Source of the DNA: Nanobdellota archaeon
GTDB lineage: Archaea; Nanobdellota; Nanobdellia; Woesearchaeales; JAHWHD01
NCBI GenBank assembly: GCA_034722435.1
Contig: JAYENX010000046.1
Coordinates: forward strand, 3,169 to 30,937
DNA: 27,769 nt
Reading direction: 5' to 3'
Each line of letters begins with the position of its first letter. Position 1 is the stretch's first letter. Under the pieces are notes generated by a model. It did no database searches. It worked only from the letters and a program-made list of their open reading frames with translations, and was not told the DNA's origin. Positions 18,680 through 26,766 of the stretch are shown piece after piece. Both the position numbers and the translations under genes were made by a program.

Positions 18680-19693
18680 TCACCCAAATATAGTATAGAA
18701 TTTGTTTAGAAATAAATCAGCAACATCTTTGTCATGAATAATGACGAGATTTTCATCGTTACGTTTATTGCCTGAAGCAGTAGGATTATAAGAACCAGTA
18801 ATAACAATTTCTTTGTCAATAATAAATACTTTATGATGTAATTTACCGCGATCATTAGAAATGTCCCAAGTTACATTCATTTCTTTTTCTTGCATTTTAT
18901 GAATTTCGTTGTACTTACTATTTTGCTGTTTTTCAAAAAGTCCAGCAACTTCAATTCCTTCTTGATGTTTTTCAATGATTGTATCGCCAATCGGGTCTGA
19001 TGTAAAAGAGAATGTCATAAAATAAATGGATTCCTCTGCAGCGTTTAAGACGTCAATAACGTGCTCTTCACATTGGTCGTCAGGGCAAAAATAATTTTCT
19101 ATTAGGTTTCCGTTAAAATAGATTTCGGGATAAATCACAGGAGAACCTTTGCCATAAATTCCGTCCCAAAGCTCGTTAAATTCGTCAAGATAATTTTTTG
19201 CAAGATATTCTGAATAAAATATAACAAAATTATTATTGTTTTTAGTATCGCCGTTGATAGTAGGATTAAAAGAACCAGTTGTTATAATCTCTCCATCTAT
19301 TACGCAAAACTTGTTATGAGAGAGAAGAGATTTATCGTCATAGATTATGAAATCATAATCACCTTCAAGTTTGTTATTATTATCAATAACAATCTTGACA
19401 TCTATTCTTTTATTTAAATCTTTAAAAAAATCTATTAACTCGGGAATGTCTAAATCGAATAAAGCGCAATATACATAATCATTAGCCTCACCAAGAGTTT
19501 GTATAAGATGGGAACTACAATTATCTTCGGGACAAAAATATACTTTAGGAGGTATATTTGTTTCTTCAATAATAACAGGTTCATCGGGAATAATTGCGTA
19601 GCCTGTAAATTCTTGTGTGCAAGCAGTTAATGTGATGAGAATAGTTATAGAAAATAAGACGAGTAATAAGGTAAACACAGTCCCCTCCTTCAT
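18680..19693 (-). CDS. Lipoprotein of the phospholipase D superfamily with two HKD motifs
   Basis: Signal peptide ending LTAC (lipobox); HNKFCVID..TGSFN and HHKVFIID..TGSYN; each half starts with FCPxDxC. Confidence 0.85.
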   Translation of the reverse strand: MKEGTVFTLLLVLFSITILITLTACTQEFTGYAIIPDEPVIIEETNIPPKVYFCPEDNCSSHLIQTLGEANDYVYCALFDLDIPELIDFFKDLNKRIDVKIVIDNNNKLEGDYDFIIYDDKSLLSHNKFCVIDGEIITTGSFNPTINGDTKNNNNFVIFYSEYLAKNYLDEFNELWDGIYGKGSPVIYPEIYFNGNLIENYFCPDDQCEEHVIDVLNAAEESIYFMTFSFTSDPIGDTIIEKHQEGIEVAGLFEKQQNSKYNEIHKMQEKEMNVTWDISNDRGKLHHKVFIIDKEIVITGSYNPTASGNKRNDENLVIIHDKDVADLFLNKFYTIFG

Positions 19694-20208
19694 CTAAACA
19701 CCTTTTCAAGTTCTTTGATTGACCTTGAGATACTGAAAAATAATTCAGGGTATTTTTTTTCGAGACTTTTCAATAATTTGTAAGAATCAGGTTTTTTATT
19801 AGGTATGAACTTTAATTTTTTAAATTTAGCATAAAGTTGAGCTTCTTTATCAGTTATAGGTCTTAAAGGAGATAGACCTTTTCGAATTTTCATTTTAAAA
19901 TTCTTTGAAAAAAACCTGTCAATGAAAAAAGCGACCTCGTCATCAAGTGTCCAAAGTGATACTTCTTTAGAAATTTTTGTTTTTCTTTTTACAATCTTAA
20001 AAGGCATGCCCTTAACTATTTTTTTGATTATGAATTCTAATAGAGGTTCTTTAATGAAAAGGATATCGTCTTTTTTAATAGGAGAATTTGTTCGTAGATA
20101 TTTACCAATTCGTCTTTCAATGAGTTTACAATAACAACTTCTACAATAATTTCTCTTTTCATGCTGAAAATTTGACTTCTTCTTACACGATGTACATTTC
20201 ATAATCAT
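19690..20208 (-). CDS. Degenerate TtuA/Ncs6/TtcA-like protein lacking the PP-loop
   Basis: N-terminal CxxC..CxxC zinc ribbon, KYLRTNSPIKKDD, LDDE..FF, PLRPITDKE..LYA, L..LEKKYP...FS match the TtuA outline; no SGGKDS and no central Cys motifs. Confidence 0.6.
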   Translation of the reverse strand: MIMKCTSCKKKSNFQHEKRNYCRSCYCKLIERRIGKYLRTNSPIKKDDILFIKEPLLEFIIKKIVKGMPFKIVKRKTKISKEVSLWTLDDEVAFFIDRFFSKNFKMKIRKGLSPLRPITDKEAQLYAKFKKLKFIPNKKPDSYKLLKSLEKKYPELFFSISRSIKELEKVFR

Positions 20209-20363
20209 AAAAATATCAAAATTATTTATAAAGCTTTACTACCGACAATGACAAAATAACATTTTTAAAGCTTTCTAAATGGCACTACTGCAGAGTAGAA
20301 ATCTTTAAATAGCATAAAGCTACACTGTAAAATTGTGATAAGTTAATCTATCACCTCTTTTTT

Positions 20364-20399
20364 CCCCAAGGAAGATCTCGCAAGAGGTCTTCTAAGGGG
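20364..20399 (+). other. GC-rich hairpin with a GCAA tetraloop in an AT-rich intergenic region
   Basis: CCCC/GGGG, a 2x2 A.A loop, then GGAAGATCTC-GCAA-GAGGTCTTCT (10 bp including two G.U pairs). Confidence 0.6.
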
Positions 20400-20406
20400 T
20401 TTATAA

Positions 20407-22185
20407 TCATTTTTTAGAACGTCTTTTTAATCTACGTTTATGTTTAATATGTTTCAAATAAAATACTCCTGCTGCAAATCCTACAAGCAGTCCAGCTATA
20501 AAAAGTAAAATTAACCTTGTATTAGTACCTAAATGAACTTCAATCTTTACAGGTTTGACTTCTTGAAAATAAAGGTCTAAATTGCTCATCTCTAAAGCGT
20601 ATTCTGAAAATAATAAAGAAGAATATTTTTGAGATTCCTTCAAATCTTTTGAATATTCATAATAACTATATCCCAGTATTGGAAAAATGTCATCAGTTAT
20701 TTGTTTTGCAATGTTTCGTCCAGCAATGTTTAGTTTATTGTCCAAAAGTAGATCCTGGTCTTCACTATCCACGCCTAAAGAGTTAATAAACACATCTGTT
20801 TCAGCTTTTGCTTTACCAGCACGGAATAAACAAAGCACATAATTTTCTGTGTCACGATCTAAATGCGCTTTTTGTAATTCTTTTTTTACAGATGAATGGA
20901 CAAAAGGAATGATAGTATTAATATATTGGAAACGTTCCTCTGCCTCAGAGATTTTATTATCACAAGCTTCTCTAAGAGAATCGCGATTAAATACGAACTT
21001 TTTTCCAGGTTTATTAAAAAAGTCCGACCATGTTCTAGCACTATACAAACGTTCTATTGCGACAGCAAAGTCTTGAGAATATTCTGAATCGTTATCATTC
21101 AATCTTTCATTTGTCATATTAAGAAAATATTTTGACTCAGAGAGACGTTCCTTTACAACCATATAAGCTTGCAAATCAGTGATAGTTTCAATTGGTTTAT
21201 TATCTATTTCAGATTCAAATTCCGCAAGTTCTTCTCGAATTTTTTCAATATCTTGTTTATCAGTATCATTAACAAATTCTATTAAGAGTTCACGATATAT
21301 TACATTAGCCGCATAACAGTAAGATGCTGCAGAATAGTAAAGGTCTTCTACTATGGCAGTTTTTGCTTTGTTAGTAAAATTAAAAGCTTCAATCTCTCTT
21401 TCAATGTAGTCATCTGCCAAAGCTTTTGTAACGCCTTGACTTAAAAGTTCATCCCTAAGAGTGCTTGATTTTTCACAAAGTCGATTCGCTAAACCTTTCA
21501 TAGTTAAGATATAAATTTCAGGAAGTTCAATCTCATAGTTTTCTGGCCAATACATTTTGCCGGCAATCTCGAACATCGCAGAATTAAGATCAGACACTTC
21601 TACAACATCAATACCAAGTTCTGCACCGTATTCAATAAGATTGGTGGTTGTATTATTTTCTTTAAATTTTGAATCGCCCAAAGGAACAAAAACACGTTCA
21701 ATACCTTGATCTGCAGCAGTTTCAATCTTTGATTTAATGCCTCCAACAGATCCTATAAAACCACCTGAATTAATTGTACCAGTTATTGCAATATTTGGAA
21801 CTTTTTTGTTATCAAGAACAGCAATTGTTAAAACTGAAATTGCAGAACCTGCACTAGGGCCTCCAACAATTGCGGATTTAGCTTTAATAGTGTAAAAAAA
21901 ATCATAATCAGAACAATCTTTATCAAGAAAGTCGCAAGCAATAGAATTTGCAAATCTTGTAGATATTAAAGTGTCCAGTTTTGTTAAAGGTTGAGTATCA
22001 ATGAATACTCTGCCTGTACCTTCAGTTATTTTAAGATTAAGATTAGCTGTACTTCCCGTACCCGCCTCAGTAACTGCTAAAAGTTTGATATTACCTTCTC
22101 TAACATAGTTTGAAGCAATTGCTAAAGATGACGTTAAAATAAGTATAGATGTTAATAAAAACATGAATAAGAGGAGTTTTTTCAT
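20407..22185 (-). CDS. Membrane-anchored secreted Lon-like (S16) Ser-Lys protease, archaeal type
   Basis: Signal peptide, G.GRVFI, GGPSAG (catalytic Ser), ITGTINSGGFIGSVGGIKSK (catalytic Lys), long helical domain, C-terminal TM helix and basic tail. Confidence 0.85.
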   Translation of the reverse strand: MKKLLLFMFLLTSILILTSSLAIASNYVREGNIKLLAVTEAGTGSTANLNLKITEGTGRVFIDTQPLTKLDTLISTRFANSIACDFLDKDCSDYDFFYTIKAKSAIVGGPSAGSAISVLTIAVLDNKKVPNIAITGTINSGGFIGSVGGIKSKIETAADQGIERVFVPLGDSKFKENNTTTNLIEYGAELGIDVVEVSDLNSAMFEIAGKMYWPENYEIELPEIYILTMKGLANRLCEKSSTLRDELLSQGVTKALADDYIEREIEAFNFTNKAKTAIVEDLYYSAASYCYAANVIYRELLIEFVNDTDKQDIEKIREELAEFESEIDNKPIETITDLQAYMVVKERLSESKYFLNMTNERLNDNDSEYSQDFAVAIERLYSARTWSDFFNKPGKKFVFNRDSLREACDNKISEAEERFQYINTIIPFVHSSVKKELQKAHLDRDTENYVLCLFRAGKAKAETDVFINSLGVDSEDQDLLLDNKLNIAGRNIAKQITDDIFPILGYSYYEYSKDLKESQKYSSLLFSEYALEMSNLDLYFQEVKPVKIEVHLGTNTRLILLFIAGLLVGFAAGVFYLKHIKHKRRLKRRSKK

Positions 22186-22308
22186 TTTAGAAAACTGAGA
22201 TGGTTATGGTTTATATGTTTTTATGTACTCGCTCGCAATGATAGGAATCATTAGTAACTATTGAACACATCCTAAATATGAATTCTAAGAGTATGTACCA
22301 AATATATT

Positions 22309-23313
22309 CTAAACTAAATAAACATAATCATCAATAATTGCCACTTTAACTTTTTCGCCGGGTTGTACATCTCTTTTATTTTTGATATTGACTGATTGAT
22401 AAGTTTCAGGATGAATTATTTCTATATGGGGGTATTTTGTTGAAACTGTTGTCTTTTGAATATCTTTTTTATAACATGCAATCTCATAATCGTGTTGGTG
22501 ATAATCTGCAGATGTTAATCTGCCCGTCATGACATCCACACCATATAAATTATGTCCCCTGATATCTTTAACTAATATTAATTGTTTCTTTATACTTACT
22601 ATATCCCCCACTTTGAAATCCGTAAGTCTTAAAAGAACATTTGCACGGTATACGTTTTTTCCAGTCTGTTTGTTTCTGGTAAATAATTTTGTACTAACTT
22701 TAAACTCCCCACCAAATCTATGAAAAAGTTTTTTTGAAAATATTTGCAAAAATTTATTAGAGGATAAATAAAAATCAACACCAGTTTTGAGTTCAACAGT
22801 CTTTGAAATGTGAATGTCTTGACGTTTTGAGATTGCTTTTGAGATGAAATCGATAATCTTATCATTAGGGTTTCGTATTTGTAAAACGCCTTCAAAATAT
22901 GTAGTTCCTTTCTTGCTACAAATTGGGCAAGTAGTGAATTCAACAGTTAAAGGAAGTTCATGATTCTCTTCAAGTAAACCCTGATCAATTTCTAATATGA
23001 GTTGTATTAATGCCGAACCCTTAGTTTTAACTCCTGGTTTATACTGGTAAGCAGGTAGTTTGAGTTCAACTGATGCTTTTACAGCATGTTTAAGTTTAAG
23101 TCTTGATAATATTACTTTTTTTATGCCCGCGTTAATATCTTTGTAAAAGTGCCAAGTTCCTTTATTAAGAATCTTGCGACAGTCTATACATACAAGAATT
23201 ATTAAATCTTTATTTGATAAGAAAAGCGGATTTCTCTTAAGATAACATTCTTTACAAAAGCTTTCCACAGCAACAGGTTTACCGCATTTAACACATTCCA
23301 TAATGAATACCAT
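22309..23313 (-). CDS. nmd3: NMD3-family ribosome biogenesis protein
   Basis: CxxC..CxxC, CxxC, CPICSK..TYFEGVLQIR, GVDFYLSS, KLFTRNKQTGKNVYR..VLLR. Confidence 0.9.
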   Translation of the reverse strand: MVFIMECVKCGKPVAVESFCKECYLKRNPLFLSNKDLIILVCIDCRKILNKGTWHFYKDINAGIKKVILSRLKLKHAVKASVELKLPAYQYKPGVKTKGSALIQLILEIDQGLLEENHELPLTVEFTTCPICSKKGTTYFEGVLQIRNPNDKIIDFISKAISKRQDIHISKTVELKTGVDFYLSSNKFLQIFSKKLFHRFGGEFKVSTKLFTRNKQTGKNVYRANVLLRLTDFKVGDIVSIKKQLILVKDIRGHNLYGVDVMTGRLTSADYHQHDYEIACYKKDIQKTTVSTKYPHIEIIHPETYQSVNIKNKRDVQPGEKVKVAIIDDYVYLV

Positions 23314-23358
23314 ATTTCGAAACCTTTATATTAGTTTTGCTATAAATAATGGTTAATC

Positions 23359-24027
23359 ATGTTTAAAAATAAAACAAGAAGAAAAAGCAATAAAAAACAG
23401 AATGAAAAACCTGAGACTTTGCCGGGTAAAATTTGGTATTTTATATGGGAAGATGATAGTGTATGGAGCTGGTTAGTGAATATTTTACTAGCTTTTGTTA
23501 TTATTAAGTTCTTAGTTTATCCCGGTTTAGGACTGGCACTTAGTACGGACCATCCGATAGTTGCAGTTATAAGTCCTAGCATGGAACATGATGGAAACTT
23601 CGATCAGTGGTGGAGTTCGAGCGCGTACTGCAATAACAATTACTGTTCACAAGAACAATGGTATTCAATGTATAATATCAGTAAAGAGGATTTTCGCGAG
23701 TTTCAATTTCGGAACGGGTTCAATATTGGAGATATCATAGTGCTTAAAGGTAAGAAACCAAAAGATATAAAAAAAGGCGATGTGATGGTGTTCGATATCG
23801 GCAGACAAATACCAATAATCCATAGAACAGTGGATACATGGGAAGAGTCAGGCACATACTATTTCACGACAAAGGGGGATCATAACCCTAAAATATTCGA
23901 AGAGATAGGAGAAAGGAAAATAAGCCAAGACCAATTTATAGGTAAAGCGTGGTTTAGAATTCCTTGGCTTGGGTATGTTAAAATTTGGTTTGTCGAAATA
24001 TTAAAATTTGTTGGATTGGTGAGATAA
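23359..24027 (+). CDS. Signal peptidase I, archaeal/ER (Sec11) type
   Basis: TM anchor, VAVISPSMEH (Ser), GDIIV, IIHR (His), TKGDHN, IGKAWFRIPWLGYVK. Confidence 0.9.
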   Translation: MFKNKTRRKSNKKQNEKPETLPGKIWYFIWEDDSVWSWLVNILLAFVIIKFLVYPGLGLALSTDHPIVAVISPSMEHDGNFDQWWSSSAYCNNNYCSQEQWYSMYNISKEDFREFQFRNGFNIGDIIVLKGKKPKDIKKGDVMVFDIGRQIPIIHRTVDTWEESGTYYFTTKGDHNPKIFEEIGERKISQDQFIGKAWFRIPWLGYVKIWFVEILKFVGLVR

Positions 24028-24342
24028 ATGTTATTTTGTCCTAAATGTGGTTCATTGTTGATACCTAAGAAAGAAAAAAATAAAACAATCATGAGTTGTT
24101 CATGTGGTTATAAAAGTAAAGATGTTGAAGACACTAGAATTTCTGAAAAAGTTGAAAAAAAGAAACCGTTAGAAGTAATTGAGAAAGAGGTTGAGGTTCT
24201 ACCTTTAGTTGATGAAGATTGTCCTAAATGTGGAAATAAGAAAGCAAGATTTTGGACATTGCAGACTAGAGCAGGAGATGAAGCCGAGACTAAATTCTTT
24301 AAATGCGAGAACTGTAAACACGTATGGCGAGAGTATAGATAG
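24028..24342 (+). CDS. tfs: Transcription factor S (TFS/RpoM family)
   Basis: FCPKCGSLL..CSCG and CPKCG..QTRAGDEAET.FFKC..C..WREY with the acidic DE hairpin. Confidence 0.93.
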   Translation: MLFCPKCGSLLIPKKEKNKTIMSCSCGYKSKDVEDTRISEKVEKKKPLEVIEKEVEVLPLVDEDCPKCGNKKARFWTLQTRAGDEAETKFFKCENCKHVWREYR

Positions 24343-24387
24343 TAGAGATTAATAATTTTTATATAAGTTCTTTAAGTTTCAAGAGGG

Positions 24388-25437
24388 ATGAGTATAGGAA
24401 TCTTGCCGAAAACAGTATTAGAAACTGCCGAAACAGAAAATATATTTGTAGTTAAAAATAGACTTAAGATGAGTGCTACTTCTATTGATATTAGAGTTGC
24501 AAGATTGTTCAAAAGGAATGATAAACCCGTCAAATTTACAATTGATGATGTTCATTATAATCCTGAAGAAATATTTGAAGAGGTTGAACCGGAAGATGGA
24601 ATGTGGATACTTAAACCGCATGAAGTTTATGAAGCAGAAACAGTTGAAGATATACATAAAATTAAAGGATTAAGAGCGGAGATTAATTCTAGAAGTAGTT
24701 GGGCAAGGTATGGCGTATTTTGTAGTGCTGATTGGGTTGAAGGGCTCAGACCGCATCATGAATTTCATGGAAAGATAAGGTTTTCTCTAAGGACATTTGA
24801 AACAACAGTTGCCATGAAAGTGGGTGAAGCACCTGCGCAAATACGGTGCATGTATTTGGATGCGTTTGCTTTGGATCACAATATACTCAATCAATTAAAA
24901 AAAGAAAATCAAATTGCTGAAGGTGCGTCACTCGATAGACAAGGATTTACATTAACAATGGATGATAAAGTACACGTGTATAAGAGTGGAGTGTTAGGAA
25001 CTAAACAAAGTATTGAAGATTGTTTTGAGACAATAGATATAAAAAAAGGTTTGATACTTGAACCAAGAACATTCTATATTGCTTCCAGTAGAGAGATAGT
25101 TAAAATTCCTTGCGAATTTATAGGGTATGTTAATTCTACAGATTCGTATATACCCCAGTTACCTCATCAAACAGGACCTGTAGGGATTTGCGGTAGTCAA
25201 TGGTTACACGCTAGCGCTCCATGGGTTGATCCTTATCCTGTTTTTCATGGAAAACTTACTTTTGAGAATTGGACACAAAGACGAATGAGAATTGAGCCAG
25301 GAATGAGATTGACAGAATTGCAACTTAAGCCTTTACTAGTTCCTTACGAGCATGAAGCGCAACTTACTTCAAGGTACAAAGGTCAGAACCAAGCACAGAT
25401 AAGTAAAGGACATTTAGATAAAGATAGATATAAATAG
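24388..25437 (+). CDS. dcd: Tandem-domain dCTP deaminase
   Basis: Two dUTPase-fold repeats: SIDIRV..NSRSSWARYG..PAQIR in the first, and LEPRTFYI..HASAPWVDP..LTFE..PGMRLTEL..SRYKGQ in the second. Confidence 0.8.
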   Translation: MSIGILPKTVLETAETENIFVVKNRLKMSATSIDIRVARLFKRNDKPVKFTIDDVHYNPEEIFEEVEPEDGMWILKPHEVYEAETVEDIHKIKGLRAEINSRSSWARYGVFCSADWVEGLRPHHEFHGKIRFSLRTFETTVAMKVGEAPAQIRCMYLDAFALDHNILNQLKKENQIAEGASLDRQGFTLTMDDKVHVYKSGVLGTKQSIEDCFETIDIKKGLILEPRTFYIASSREIVKIPCEFIGYVNSTDSYIPQLPHQTGPVGICGSQWLHASAPWVDPYPVFHGKLTFENWTQRRMRIEPGMRLTELQLKPLLVPYEHEAQLTSRYKGQNQAQISKGHLDKDRYK

Positions 25438-25459
25438 GCAGGATTTAATATAAGTACAT

Positions 25460-25705
25460 ATGGACATAAGTAACTACATAAAAAATAACAAGCTCAAAAT
25501 CATAGTTAAAACTAATTCTCCAAAGACTGAGATTGCGGGTTATAATGAAACTAGAAAGGCGTTAAAAGTTAATGTTAATGCAGTTCCTGAAAATAATAAA
25601 GCAAATATTGAAATTTTAAAATTTTTTAAGAAAATGTTAAAGAAGCAAGTGAAAATGTTTTCAGGTTTCAAAAATAGAGAAAAGGTTATTGAGATATTTG
25701 ATTAA
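25460..25705 (+). CDS. DUF167/UPF0235 (YggU-like) protein
   Basis: VKTNSPKTEI, LKVNVNAVPENNKAN.EI.KFF, SG.KNREK. Confidence 0.88.
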   Translation: MDISNYIKNNKLKIIVKTNSPKTEIAGYNETRKALKVNVNAVPENNKANIEILKFFKKMLKKQVKMFSGFKNREKVIEIFD

Positions 25706-26237
25706 TAATTTCTTTGATTTTTGTTTTAAGTTCTTCTAAGGTTCCAGAATTTTCAATATTGAAATTTGCTAATTTCATGCACGCAGAGATGTTTTGTTTA
25801 GTTTCATCATCAGAATGCATCTCTCTTTCTTCATCTTTTACGAATCGTTCAAAGGATACAAAGTCACTTGATTGTTTTCGTTCAGTAATTCGCGTGTATC
25901 TGAGTTCTTGATTTGCATCAAGAGCTAAAAGATAGAATTGTTCCTGAGCTTTTAACCATTTAACCTCCCCAGGAGTTCTAAGGCTCTCAATAACACAGTT
26001 AGCGGTTTCTGCCTTTGCTCTGACGTATAATTGTTGAGCAATATATGAAGGACCATGTTTTGCCCTTAAATCGTTACCTACAAGTACCATCGAATCTCTG
26101 TTATCGGGAAGATCACGCCTCGACATCTCTTCCTGTAGAAATGCTCTTGCAGAATAATGTTTGAAACCTAGTTCTTTAAGATATTGTACTGTTTCTGTTT
26201 TTCCTGCACCGTGGGTGCCAGTGATTCCAATTATCAT
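25686..26237 (-). CDS. P-loop nucleoside monophosphate kinase-like protein (CoaE-like/dNMP kinase-like)
   Basis: IIGITGTHGAGKT, VIESLRTPGE, LDANQELRYTR..R, NFNIENSGTLEEL; ATGA overlap with the dCMP deaminase gene. Confidence 0.75.
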   Translation of the reverse strand: MIIGITGTHGAGKTETVQYLKELGFKHYSARAFLQEEMSRRDLPDNRDSMVLVGNDLRAKHGPSYIAQQLYVRAKAETANCVIESLRTPGEVKWLKAQEQFYLLALDANQELRYTRITERKQSSDFVSFERFVKDEEREMHSDDETKQNISACMKLANFNIENSGTLEELKTKIKEIINQISQ

Positions 26238-26743
26238 TCATCAAACTTCCTTTCGTTTCCCCTATAATCCATGGCGTCTATTTTGGAACTAGGTCGAGGA
26301 ATGTAAACCATTTCAATCCCTGCCTCGTTAAAGAATTGTTCAAAATCATTTTCTTTTCTAGCTGAACAAGTCACATATTTTTTTATCTTGGCATTAACAA
26401 GCATCCTGGCGCACATTATACAAGGGGTATGTGTAGCGTAAATTATTGCATCTTTTATGTTAATTCCGTTAACGGCTGCGTGAATTATTATGTTCTGTTC
26501 AGAATGGACAGCTCTGCACATATGTTTATCTTTACCAGAAGGAATGTTTAGTTCATCTCTTAAACAGGAATCGAGTTCCAGACAATCTTTTGCACCGGAT
26601 ACTGCGCCATTGTAAGCAGTAACTAAAATTCTTTTATTTTTCACAGCAATCGCGCCAACTTTCCTTCTTAAACAAGTTGAACGTTCAGATACAAGTAAAG
26701 CAATCTTTAAAAAGTATTCATTCCATGAAGTTCTTTGAATCAT
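26234..26743 (-). CDS. dCMP deaminase (ComEB/DCTD family)
   Basis: RSTCLRRKVGA, AYNG, C..C.R, HSEQN, THTPCIMC zinc-deaminase motifs. Confidence 0.92.
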   Translation of the reverse strand: MIQRTSWNEYFLKIALLVSERSTCLRRKVGAIAVKNKRILVTAYNGAVSGAKDCLELDSCLRDELNIPSGKDKHMCRAVHSEQNIIIHAAVNGINIKDAIIYATHTPCIMCARMLVNAKIKKYVTCSARKENDFEQFFNEAGIEMVYIPRPSSKIDAMDYRGNERKFDE

Positions 26744-26766
26744 ACAAAAATGAAGGAAGTAATAGT

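Noticed and set aside
20288-20357. Orphan GAGGTGA RBS on the minus strand followed by a 20-codon frame starting ATT
   Set aside because: No ATG, GTG or TTG at a usable spacing and no recognisable peptide; the motif is part of the GTGATA/TATCAC inverted repeat.
20364-20409. TGA stop of the S16 protease plus downstream hairpin as a selenocysteine recoding signal
   Set aside because: Read-through adds only Leu before TAA, the position is not catalytic, and the hairpin folds better on the opposite strand.
22273-22285. 13-bp sequence TAAATATGAATTC shared with the HTH promoter (4384-4396)
   Set aside because: The palindrome is incomplete at this copy, and a 13-bp AT-rich match is plausible by chance in a genome this AT-rich.
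25686-25705. 20-bp tail-to-tail overlap of DUF167 and the kinase gene
   Set aside because: Short convergent overlaps are common in compact archaeal genomes, and both proteins look complete.
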